Positions 18,333-26,535 of a DNA stretch of 64,000 nt are shown here, one piece after another; position 1 is the stretch's first letter, and the number at the start of each line of letters is the position of its first letter. The translations under genes and the position numbers were made by a program. Under the pieces are notes generated by a model. That model worked only from the letters and a program-made list of their open reading frames with translations. It searched no databases and was not told the origin of the DNA. This DNA comes from Myxococcales bacterium (lineage in GTDB: Bacteria > Myxococcota_A > Polyangia > Polyangiales > Polyangiaceae), in the NCBI GenBank assembly GCA_043747615.1, contig JAYTOU010000017.1, positions 119,249 through 183,248 of the forward strand, in the 5' to 3' direction.

Positions 18333-19280
18333 ATGCGCATTGCCACGATCGACATCGGAACCAACACCGTCCTCCTGCTCGTCGCCGAAGTGACGGCCAA
18401 CGGACAGCTCGTGGCGGTCGAAGAGCACGCGACGATCACCCGGCTCGGCGAGAACGTCGATCGAACGCGCGCACTCGCCGAAGGCGCTATTTCGCGCACG
18501 AAAACGTGCCTCGACGCGTACGCGGCGATCGTGAAACGACTGGGTGCTACCCGCGCTGCGGTGGTCGGAACGAGCGCCATGCGGGACGCCAAAGGAAGCG
18601 AGGTGATCCGCGAGCACGTGAAATCCAACTTCGGCGTCGAGGCGCGGGTCATCAGCGGCGACGAAGAAGCGCGGCTGACGTTTTCGGGTGCGCTGAGCGG
18701 CCTCGGCTATTCGTCCACGAGCGGAGAGATCGCGGTCTTCGACATCGGCGGCGGCAGCACGGAGGTCGTCAGGGGAACGCTTGCGAGCGACCGGCGCGCT
18801 CCAGAGATTGCGTACGCCCACAGCTTCGACGTGGGGAGCGTGCGGATGACCGAGCGACACGTGAAGGCTGATCCTCCTACGCAGAGCGAGCGTAGCGCCA
18901 TCACCCGCGATGTCCTGGAGAGCCTCGCTTCTCTTTCTCCTCTCGCCGTTGGGCAAGTGCCCGTCGCCATCGCGGGTACGATGACCACGCTCGCTGCCGT
19001 GTCGTTGAACATGCTGAGCTACGACGGCGCGCGTGTGCACGGGCATCGTATGTCGACGAGCGAGCTGCGCCGGGTCGTCGACGAGCTATCTGCCGTCTCG
19101 CTCGAGAAGCGCCAGCAGGTTCGTGGGCTCGAGCCCAAGCGGGCCGACGTCATCGTGGCGGGCGGGATCGTCGCTCTCGCCGTGCTCGAAAAACTTCAGG
19201 CCGATTCCGTCGTTATCTCGGATCGCGGGGTCCGTTGGGGCCTTGCGGTTGCACTCCAGGATATGGCTGCTACCTTGTAG
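18333..19280 (+). CDS. ppx: Ppx/GppA family phosphatase
   Basis: IDIGTNT, GTSAMRDA, ISGDEEARL, DIGGGSTE, RADVIVAG, GVRWG. Confidence 0.92.
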   Translation: MRIATIDIGTNTVLLLVAEVTANGQLVAVEEHATITRLGENVDRTRALAEGAISRTKTCLDAYAAIVKRLGATRAAVVGTSAMRDAKGSEVIREHVKSNFGVEARVISGDEEARLTFSGALSGLGYSSTSGEIAVFDIGGGSTEVVRGTLASDRRAPEIAYAHSFDVGSVRMTERHVKADPPTQSERSAITRDVLESLASLSPLAVGQVPVAIAGTMTTLAAVSLNMLSYDGARVHGHRMSTSELRRVVDELSAVSLEKRQQVRGLEPKRADVIVAGGIVALAVLEKLQADSVVISDRGVRWGLAVALQDMAATL

Positions 19281-19317
19281 GCAGATGTAGCCCCAAGTGC
19301 TTTTACGCACAAATAGT

Positions 19318-19347
19318 TTGACAGATAGGGCCTCAGGGCACTAGAGT
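19318..19347 (+). promoter_or_regulatory. Sigma70 promoter of cdnL/carD
   Basis: TTGACA (19318-19323)-N18-TAGAGT (19342-19347). Confidence 0.65.
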
Positions 19348-19593
19348 GCGCTCGCCTCACTTCATCTCTACCGCTCGCGCGGCGCGCTCAGGCCTTACTA
19401 ACTACGGCCACAATCGATCAAGATTTCCTAGCGCGGAATAAAGCACAACCCGTTCCGGTTTCCGAGGCGCCCGATAGGTCCCCCCGATTCGGCGCTGAAT
19501 AAAGAGACCGACGAGATTCGAAGCGCGCAAAGCAGCGCGCTGTTTCACATACACCTCTTAATCGAGGTCGCTCCCATAACGCAAGGAGACTCT

Positions 19594-20100
19594 ATGCAAG
19601 CTGGTACGGACGTCACGTTCAAGGTTGGTGATAAGGCTGTTTATCCCGCACAGGGAGTCGCCGAAGTCATCAAAATCGAGGAGAAGGACATCGCTGGGAG
19701 TCGTCAGCGGTTCTACGTCCTCAGAATCCTCGACACCGACCGCAAGATCATGGTTCCCGTTTCGAATGCGAGCGCCGTCGGCCTCCGTCAGGTCATCAAC
19801 GAGACGGAAATCCGCGAGATTTTCGACATCTTGAAGGAGCGCACGATCGCCTTCGACAACCAGACCTGGAACCGGCGCTACCGTGGCTTCATGGACAAGA
19901 TCAAGACGGGATCGATCTACGACGTGGCCGAAGTGCTGCGCGACCTATACCGCCTGAAGACCGATAAGCAGCTGTCGTTCGGCGAGCGCCGTATGCTCGA
20001 CACCGCGCGCACGCTCATCGTGAAAGAAATCGCGATCGCACGCGAGCAGACGGAAGAGCAAGTGAAGACCGAGATCGAATCGATCTTCGTTTCCAACTGA
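19594..20100 (+). CDS. cdnL: CarD/CdnL family RNA polymerase-binding transcription factor
   Basis: FKVGDKAVYPAQGVA, IMVP, GLRQVI, TWNRRYR, LSFGERRML. No AT-hook tail, so CdnL rather than M. xanthus-type CarD. Confidence 0.93.
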   Translation: MQAGTDVTFKVGDKAVYPAQGVAEVIKIEEKDIAGSRQRFYVLRILDTDRKIMVPVSNASAVGLRQVINETEIREIFDILKERTIAFDNQTWNRRYRGFMDKIKTGSIYDVAEVLRDLYRLKTDKQLSFGERRMLDTARTLIVKEIAIAREQTEEQVKTEIESIFVSN

Positions 20101-20120
20101 TCAACTGAGTCGATCGGATC

Positions 20121-20157
20121 ACGCGTGCTCCTGAAAAGGGCGCGCGTTTTTCTTTTT
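20121..20157 (+). terminator. Intrinsic terminator of cdnL
   Basis: ACGCGTGCTC / GGGCGCGCGT stem followed by TTTTCTTTTT. Confidence 0.8.
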
Positions 20158-20158
20158 G

Positions 20159-20386
20159 TCAGCCGTCCTCGAGGAGACCGAATTCCCAGGTCTCGCCGGC
20201 CTCGCGCAAGCCAGCGACCGCCGCTTCGACGCGCCGCAGAACATCGCCGGGCGACGACCATGGCGCTGGTCGAACGCCGATCGCAACCTTCTCTTCCCAC
20301 TGCCAGACGCGGGCGGCCGCCACGCCTTCCACGCGGTAGACGAGCTCGAGCGTGCGACGCAGACGAGGGGGAAGCGACGCGCTCAC
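20159..20386 (-). CDS. Small hypothetical protein (75 aa)
   Basis: GTGA overlap with the nosL-like stop. Amphipathic alpha/beta pattern. Confidence 0.65.
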   Translation of the reverse strand: MSASLPPRLRRTLELVYRVEGVAAARVWQWEEKVAIGVRPAPWSSPGDVLRRVEAAVAGLREAGETWEFGLLEDG

Positions 20387-20811
20387 CTCAGAGCCTGCAG
20401 GAGCGTCGGCGTGATCGCCTCGAGCTTCAGCGCGCGGCCGCCGGCGTGATCGACCATGAACTTAGCGCTCTTCGCGGGGGACACGGGGACAAGGTCTGGG
20501 CCCATCGGACCGTCGACATCGCTGCCCGTCACGAAGTCCACTTCGTTTCCATCGCGCCAAGCGCGCTCGTAGAATTCTTGGACGCGAACGCTCTTCGCTG
20601 CAACGCCGCGCGTGCGCCAGGCGGTCATCGCGCACCTCGGGGTGTCGTACGTGGTCTTCGTTGCATCGATCATCACGAGCTCGGTGAGCCACGCGCTCGC
20701 GGGATCGATCGTCATTCCGCAAAATGAGCAGCGTTCCCCCGCGGGTTTGCCTTTCGCGTTGCAAGCGAGGGCACTGGCCACGATGGCGACTAGGAACGCG
20801 CGACGATGCAT
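20383..20811 (-). CDS. NosL-family (Cu chaperone-like) lipoprotein
   Basis: Lipobox ALAC, CSFCGM, DTPRCAM, GSDVDGPMGPDLVP. Confidence 0.8.
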   Translation of the reverse strand: MHRRAFLVAIVASALACNAKGKPAGERCSFCGMTIDPASAWLTELVMIDATKTTYDTPRCAMTAWRTRGVAAKSVRVQEFYERAWRDGNEVDFVTGSDVDGPMGPDLVPVSPAKSAKFMVDHAGGRALKLEAITPTLLQALR

Positions 20812-20819
20812 GAGCTCAC

Positions 20820-21839
20820 TCACGGAAAAAGAGAGACGGCCCTTGTGAGCCAAGCGTAGCGAGCCACAGGCAACACGCAGAGGATCACGCAGATCGACCA
20901 CGCCGCGATCTCGCGACGAAGACGGCTCCGCACGAACGACTCGAACACCTCACGCGCGGCAGCCGCTCTGGCGAGAAGGGCGACCACCGCGGCACCAGCG
21001 CCCCAGATCACAGCGAGGAGGATCGACCCGAAGAGGGGATAACCGATGCCAAGCACGTCGGCTTTTAGCAGGCAAAATGGACAGACGTGCTGCGGAAGCT
21101 CGAACGCGTAAGGCGCCACCTCGAGAACCGCCGCGCCAAGAGCGAGGGGAAACGCTATGAGCGCGAAAACGCCTGCAGCGAAGACGAGCGGCGGTTTGGG
21201 TCGGCGGAGCGCCGCGAAGGCGACGGCGATGGCGATGGCGATGGCGATCGGAGCAAGTGTCGCTGCGATGATCCGGGGACCGTGTGCGAATCCGCCGTTT
21301 CCGGCGGCGGCAGCGTCGAGCTGCACCGAACAACAGGAGGCGGTGATCGACAGATCGAGCTTCAGCAAAAATGCGGACGTGAGTGCGAGATCGAGCGTGG
21401 CGAGAGGCGCGAGGATCAGCGTGAAGACGGAGAGCTTGCGCACGAGGGCGAGGGTCGTCGTGCGGGCGTCGAAGGCGTAAACCTGGGCGAGAACTCCTCC
21501 GAGAACGGCGACGAGCACGGTGCTCGCGAGCGCGCGAAATCCCCACTCGTTCGCGTTGAAGACTCCGTAGGCGCACATCGCTCCGCGGATGCCGCGGCTC
21601 AATCGATCGGCCGCGAGTGAGCTGAGGGCGAGAGAGCCAATCTGCATCACGGTGGCCACGCGCACGAAGGTTGAGGCGAGCTCCACTTGACGCTCGAGCG
21701 CGAGCTGTCCCTCGGCGTAGCTTTCCAGATCGAAGTGGCGGAGCACGCGGACGGAGGTAGTCGCCGCGCGGACGAAGAATGCCGTCGTGACGATCCCGGC
21801 GATGATTCGCAGGAGAACCCAAGGCTCGAGTAAATTCAC
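20820..21839 (-). CDS. Polytopic membrane protein with Cys motifs
   Basis: About 8 hydrophobic segments with GAMCAYG, ASCCS and HVCPFC in loops. GTG start preceded by GAGG. Confidence 0.75.
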   Translation of the reverse strand: MNLLEPWVLLRIIAGIVTTAFFVRAATTSVRVLRHFDLESYAEGQLALERQVELASTFVRVATVMQIGSLALSSLAADRLSRGIRGAMCAYGVFNANEWGFRALASTVLVAVLGGVLAQVYAFDARTTTLALVRKLSVFTLILAPLATLDLALTSAFLLKLDLSITASCCSVQLDAAAAGNGGFAHGPRIIAATLAPIAIAIAIAVAFAALRRPKPPLVFAAGVFALIAFPLALGAAVLEVAPYAFELPQHVCPFCLLKADVLGIGYPLFGSILLAVIWGAGAAVVALLARAAAAREVFESFVRSRLRREIAAWSICVILCVLPVARYAWLTRAVSLFP

Positions 21840-21846
21840 TTCGGCC

Positions 21847-22521
21847 TCAAACGAAGCGGCCTTCCACGAGATCGAGGACGCGGGTGCACGCGGAGTGTTC
21901 CGCGACGCGCGGATCGTGCGTGGCAACCAGGAGCGCGCGGCCTTCCTTGGCGAGGTCGGCGAGGTCGTCCATCACCGATTTCGCGCGCACGTCGTCGAGA
22001 TGCGCGGTCGGCTCATCCAGCAGTAAAAGCGGGGGATCGCGCATCATCGCACGGGCCAAGGCCACCCGCTGCCGCTCACCGCCCGAGAGCGAGCGCGCTC
22101 GGGTGTTCGCGAGCGAGGCGATTCCGAAGCGGTCGAGGAGACTCCGGGCGCGCGCATGGTCCTTCGCCGTCACTCCTTCGGGCACGCACGGAAGAAGCAC
22201 GTTCTCCTCGGCGGTCATTCCCTCGAAAAGCTGCGCGTCCTGAAAGACGAAGCCGACTTTTTTGCGCCTCACCTCGGCACGATGGGCATCGCGCATGCGC
22301 GACGTTGGTTCGCCGTCGAGTCGCACTTCTCCGCTGGTCGGCGCGAGCATCGCTCCAACGAGCGCGAGGAGCGTCGTTTTTCCGCTACCGCTCGGACCAC
22401 GCAGGATCACGAGCTCGCCGCGTGCGATCTCGAAGGTCACGTTGTCTATGACCGTACGGCGGTCACGACCATCGCGCACCCGCTTCACGAGATCGGTGAT
22501 CGCCGCCGCAGCCGCCGTCAT
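21847..22521 (-). CDS. ABC ATP-binding protein, LolD/MacB-like
   Basis: GPSGSGKTT, GFVFQ, LSGGERQR, LLLDEPT, ATHD. Confidence 0.92.
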   Translation of the reverse strand: MTAAAAAITDLVKRVRDGRDRRTVIDNVTFEIARGELVILRGPSGSGKTTLLALVGAMLAPTSGEVRLDGEPTSRMRDAHRAEVRRKKVGFVFQDAQLFEGMTAEENVLLPCVPEGVTAKDHARARSLLDRFGIASLANTRARSLSGGERQRVALARAMMRDPPLLLLDEPTAHLDDVRAKSVMDDLADLAKEGRALLVATHDPRVAEHSACTRVLDLVEGRFV

Positions 22522-22599
22522 TGTGCCAGACTGGGCCAATCAACACGTGCTGTCATCCCGTTTCGATCGCCAGACGCGCATTTCTCCGACATATTGAAC

Positions 22600-22615
22600 T
22601 GGCACTGGGAATGCT
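22600..22615 (+). promoter_or_regulatory. Sigma54 (-24/-12) promoter
   Basis: TGGCACTGGGAATGCT (GG-N10-GC), 18 nt before ATG 22634. Confidence 0.7.
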
Positions 22616-22633
22616 TTCTTCCTGAGGGTCCCC

Positions 22634-22951
22634 ATGATTCCGGCACGCATCCACCTGTCTCCTAGCGCTTTCAAACGTCGTGTCGTGACGGCGCTCGTCG
22701 CGTGCGTCGCGGGCGTTGGCGTGTGGGCGTGCAGCTTGAACCCGCAGCCGATTCCGCCTGGCTTCAACGACCAACCGGGTGCTTCCGACGCCGGCCGCGG
22801 CGCCGACGTCACCGTGGGACCAGTGAGCGGCGGCGGCGATGGCGGCGCGGGTGTCGACAGCGACGGCGCTCCGTCCCCGCAAGATGGCGGAGATGCAGGG
22901 GACGCGGGGAGCGATGCGCCCTCGGACGCAACAGACGGTGGTGACGGATGA
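22634..22951 (+). CDS. Small lipoprotein with CSLNPQPIPPG motif (copy 1)
   Basis: Signal peptide, lipobox VWAC, motif, then a D/G/A-rich tail. Confidence 0.75.
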   Translation: MIPARIHLSPSAFKRRVVTALVACVAGVGVWACSLNPQPIPPGFNDQPGASDAGRGADVTVGPVSGGGDGGAGVDSDGAPSPQDGGDAGDAGSDAPSDATDGGDG

Positions 22952-23259
22952 GCGCCGCTCGTTGCAGGCAGGTCGCGTTCGGCGTCGCCCTGGCGCTCGC
23001 CGTGGCCTCAATCACGGTAGCCTGCAGTCTCAACCCGCAGCCCATTCCTCCCGGAGATCAGCCCGACGGATCAGCGGGCGGCGCGAATTCGAGCTTCGCT
23101 GACAGCGATGCCGCGACCAAGCTGAGCGATGACGCGGGGCACATGAGCACCGACGGCGCGAGCGAGACCGGGCCTCCTCAGCACATCGACGGCGGCAACG
23201 ACGCCAACGGCGGCAATGACGCCAACGATGCCGACGCCGACGCCGACGCGCCGGGTTGA
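22948..23259 (+). CDS. Small lipoprotein with CSLNPQPIPPG motif (copy 2)
   Basis: ATGA-coupled to copy 1. Lipobox TVAC, identical motif, D/G/A/N-rich tail. Confidence 0.75.
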   Translation: MSAARCRQVAFGVALALAVASITVACSLNPQPIPPGDQPDGSAGGANSSFADSDAATKLSDDAGHMSTDGASETGPPQHIDGGNDANGGNDANDADADADAPG

Positions 23260-23274
23260 AAGCGCTCGGGCGCG

Positions 23275-23796
23275 CTACTTGGTCTGCGGACGCGGCTGGC
23301 TGACGTACTCGTCGAGCAGGTTCGCGGCGAAGTCGGCGAGGATCCCGTCCGTCACCCGCAAACGGCGCGACAAATCCCGCGCGATGTTGAGCGTCACGAG
23401 GGCATACGACTTCAAATCGTGGCGGTAGAGGCCGTCGAGGTCTTCGCTCGTCATTCGCAAAAGGCGGGACGGACCAAGGGCGCGCACCGTCGCCGAGCGC
23501 GGCTGCACGTCGATGAGGGACATCTCTCCGAAGCAGTCGGACGGGCCGAGGATCGCCACCCGCATGTCCCTCCCGCGCCGGCTTTTTTTCATCACCTCGA
23601 CCTCGCCATCGAGCACGACGTACATCTCGCGTGCGCTGTCGCCTTCGCGAAAGATCGGCTCACCGGCTTGCACGCGGAGGGGCTGAAGCGTCTGTGAGAG
23701 GTGCTCGAGGACGTCGTCGGATAGCGCACCGAAGAGCCCGACCTCACGGAGACGCGGGATGGTGACCGGAGCGTCGTGCGGGATGTTCTTCGACAT
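23275..23796 (-). CDS. Stand-alone cyclic-nucleotide-binding domain protein
   Basis: IFREGD..MYVVLDGEV, FGEMSLIDVQPRSATVRA, C-helix, no HTH. Confidence 0.9.
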   Translation of the reverse strand: MSKNIPHDAPVTIPRLREVGLFGALSDDVLEHLSQTLQPLRVQAGEPIFREGDSAREMYVVLDGEVEVMKKSRRGRDMRVAILGPSDCFGEMSLIDVQPRSATVRALGPSRLLRMTSEDLDGLYRHDLKSYALVTLNIARDLSRRLRVTDGILADFAANLLDEYVSQPRPQTK

Positions 23797-23853
23797 GATG
23801 ACGCACGATTACGCCCTCGCGCGGGCAGCGCGCAAGCGGGACGGGGACGGCGC

Positions 23854-24294
23854 TCAGAGATTCTTGGTGAAAACGATTCGCTTCCGGTCGGGGCCGGCGT
23901 AGTCGTCGAGCTCGGCGGCCTCCCACCCGAGCGACAAATGGAAGCGCTGCGATCCTTCGTTGCCGAGTGTCGTGATGGCCTTTAGTCGAACGCACGAGGC
24001 TGAGCGGCAGGCCTCGCTGAATTCTTCGTAGAGCAGGCGTCCCACGCCGCGGCGGCGAAAGTCGGGGTGGATTCCCACGAGGTGCACGTAGCCGGTCTTC
24101 ACCGGCGAATGAGCGACGAAGCCCAGCAAAAAACCAGTCATCAGCCGATATTCGTTTTCGACGATGAGGGCGTTGTCGCCGAGCTCATAGAAGAAAATCG
24201 GATGAGCGAAGGTGCCAATGGGCCCACCCCACCACTTGTCGATCACCTCGACGATGTGATCGAAATCGGCTTTGGTTATGCGACGGGTTTGCAT
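23854..24294 (-). CDS. GNAT family N-acetyltransferase
   Basis: VGIHPDFRRRGVGRLL and NEGSQRFHLSLGW. Confidence 0.9.
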   Translation of the reverse strand: MQTRRITKADFDHIVEVIDKWWGGPIGTFAHPIFFYELGDNALIVENEYRLMTGFLLGFVAHSPVKTGYVHLVGIHPDFRRRGVGRLLYEEFSEACRSASCVRLKAITTLGNEGSQRFHLSLGWEAAELDDYAGPDRKRIVFTKNL

Positions 24295-24334
24295 GCGGAC
24301 GCGGTCGTTGGTCTAGAGTCTTATAGCAACCTCC

Positions 24335-25033
24335 ATGAACCAGCAACGCGCCCCGTCCCCTCCCCGGATCGTCATCGCCCCGTCCGTGCTCTCTGCCGAC
24401 TTCGGAAAGCTCGCGGATGAAGTTCGCGCGGTCGAGGCAGCGGGCGCCGACTGGATCCACCTAGACGTGATGGATGGTCGTTTCGTACCGAACATCACGA
24501 TCGGGCCGCTCGTGGTGAAGGCCATCCGCAAGGTCACCAAGCTTCCACTCGACACTCACTTGATGATCGCGGAGCCAGACAGGTACCTCGAGGCTTTCGC
24601 GGACGCGGGATCCGATACACTCACCGTGCACGTCGAGGCATGCACCCATCTTCATCGGACGCTCGAGCACATTCACACGCTCGGAAAACGCGCTGGGGTA
24701 GTCCTCAATCCGGCCACGAGCGAGTCGACGCTCACGTACGTGATGGACCAGGTGGATTTGATCCTGGTGATGAGCGTGAATCCGGGGTTCGGAGGGCAGT
24801 CCTTCATCGACGCCGTCCTCCCGAAGGTCGCGGCCATCCGGCAGATGATCGACAAGACCGGGCGGGCGATCGATCTCGAAATCGACGGAGGAATCTCCGA
24901 GCAGACCGCGGCAAAAGCAGCAAAAGCAGGGGCGCGCGCGTTCGTCGCCGGGAACGCCATCTTCACGAAAAAAGATTACGCCGAAGCGATTCACGTGCTC
25001 CGGCGCGAAGGTGAACGAGGAATGACCGAATGA
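24335..25033 (+). CDS. rpe: Ribulose-phosphate 3-epimerase
   Basis: IAPSVLSADF, IHLDVMDGRFVPNITIG, DTHLMI, MSVNPGFGGQ, IDGGI. Confidence 0.97.
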   Translation: MNQQRAPSPPRIVIAPSVLSADFGKLADEVRAVEAAGADWIHLDVMDGRFVPNITIGPLVVKAIRKVTKLPLDTHLMIAEPDRYLEAFADAGSDTLTVHVEACTHLHRTLEHIHTLGKRAGVVLNPATSESTLTYVMDQVDLILVMSVNPGFGGQSFIDAVLPKVAAIRQMIDKTGRAIDLEIDGGISEQTAAKAAKAGARAFVAGNAIFTKKDYAEAIHVLRREGERGMTE

Positions 25034-26418
25034 AGCGAACCATCGTCGTCGGCCTCTCGATCCTTGCGTGCGCGTCAGCGTGCTCGTCGAAGCCGCCTCC
25101 CCCGCCCGTGAAAGTCGCCGAGGTGCCCCTCGTGCTCTCGCCCGTGAAAGCATCGCAAGAGAACGAGGTGAAAACGGAGACCGCCGATCACGAGAAGCGT
25201 CTGATCGCGAAGATGCTGAAGAAGGTGGTGCTCGCGCGCGGGCTTCAGACCAAGGCTGCGGTGCCCGGCCAGGTGCTTGCGCGAAAGGAGCTCCTCGATC
25301 GCGTGCGCGCCCACGTTGCTCGCGAAGTTCCGAAGGAGGCCATTCGTCAGGAAGGGCTCGTCCTCCAGCTGCTCGGCTTCGTGCCTCCCCAGTTCGACTA
25401 TGAGAAAGAGACGTTCGCTCTGCTCGAAGCCCAGCTCGCCGGCTTCTACGAGCCGTCCGACAAGACGATGTACATGGCGGGCGATCTCGACGACGACAAC
25501 GCCACCGCCACGCTTGCCCACGAGCTGGTGCACGCGCTCCAGGATCAATACTGGGATCTCGCCAAGCGCAGCGCGTACAAGCCTTCTCAAGGGGATCAGT
25601 CGAGCGCGACGTCTGCGCTTGCCGAGGGAGACGCAACGAGCGCGATGATCGACATCATGATCGGCGACTCCGGAAAAACCGCGCTCGACGTGCCGGAAGA
25701 AATCTTCACCGAGCAAATGGTGGCGAGCATGGCCTCGGGCGCGGGAGCAAACGCTCCTCACGTGATGCGAGCATCGCTCGTCGCGCCGTACATCGATGGA
25801 ACGATCTTCGTGCACGCGCTCCGTCGTAAGGGCGGATGGGCGGCAGTGAACGACGCATGGACGAACGCGCCGACCACGACGGAGCAAATTCTTCACCTCG
25901 ACAAGTACGAGGCCCACGAGCCCGCGCTCGAAGTGAGCACGCCGACCGTGCAGGCGCTTGCCGGCGTGTGGAAGGTCTTGGACTCCGATTCGTACGGAGA
26001 GCTCGGCGTGAAGCTCACCTTCGCCGAATGGATGGAAGCCGCGCAGGCGAAGAACGCCGCGGCGCACTGGGGCGGCGATCGCGGAGCGTTGATCGTGAAC
26101 GGCGAGCAATACGCCCTCGCGTGGCACCTTCGCTACGATCTGGGGACCAAAGCAGATCCCAACATGTGGGCCGAAAAAGCGTATCCGCCGCTCGCCGCTG
26201 CGGTCGAAGCGCGGGTGGGTCCGGGCGCGGCGAAAGACAAATCCCCGCTCTTGTGCATCGAGCGACCGGCCCTCGGTCCTCTCGGAATCATGCGACGCGG
26301 GCGCGATCTCGTCATCGTGGCCGGGCCGGTGAAGATCCCTGCCACGGGCGCTTGGACGAGCACGGCGGATTGCGCAACCGTCAAGAGGTGGATGATCGAG
26401 ATCGCCGCCAACAAGTAG
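25030..26418 (+). CDS. Lipoprotein with zincin-like HExxH motif
   Basis: Lipobox ASAC, AGFYEP, AHELVHALQDQ, downstream EGDA, TEQILH, WGGD. ATGA-coupled to rpe. Confidence 0.75.
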   Translation: MKRTIVVGLSILACASACSSKPPPPPVKVAEVPLVLSPVKASQENEVKTETADHEKRLIAKMLKKVVLARGLQTKAAVPGQVLARKELLDRVRAHVAREVPKEAIRQEGLVLQLLGFVPPQFDYEKETFALLEAQLAGFYEPSDKTMYMAGDLDDDNATATLAHELVHALQDQYWDLAKRSAYKPSQGDQSSATSALAEGDATSAMIDIMIGDSGKTALDVPEEIFTEQMVASMASGAGANAPHVMRASLVAPYIDGTIFVHALRRKGGWAAVNDAWTNAPTTTEQILHLDKYEAHEPALEVSTPTVQALAGVWKVLDSDSYGELGVKLTFAEWMEAAQAKNAAAHWGGDRGALIVNGEQYALAWHLRYDLGTKADPNMWAEKAYPPLAAAVEARVGPGAAKDKSPLLCIERPALGPLGIMRRGRDLVIVAGPVKIPATGAWTSTADCATVKRWMIEIAANK

Positions 26419-26535
26419 CGCGTCGCGTCTCAGCCGAAGCGCGAGCGTTACGAGTGGGTTTTCGACGGTCTGCGAGCACGGCGGAAAGCGATTTGGGGTA
26501 ATCTTTTGCTCGGTGATTTCTCAACGGAGGAGACG

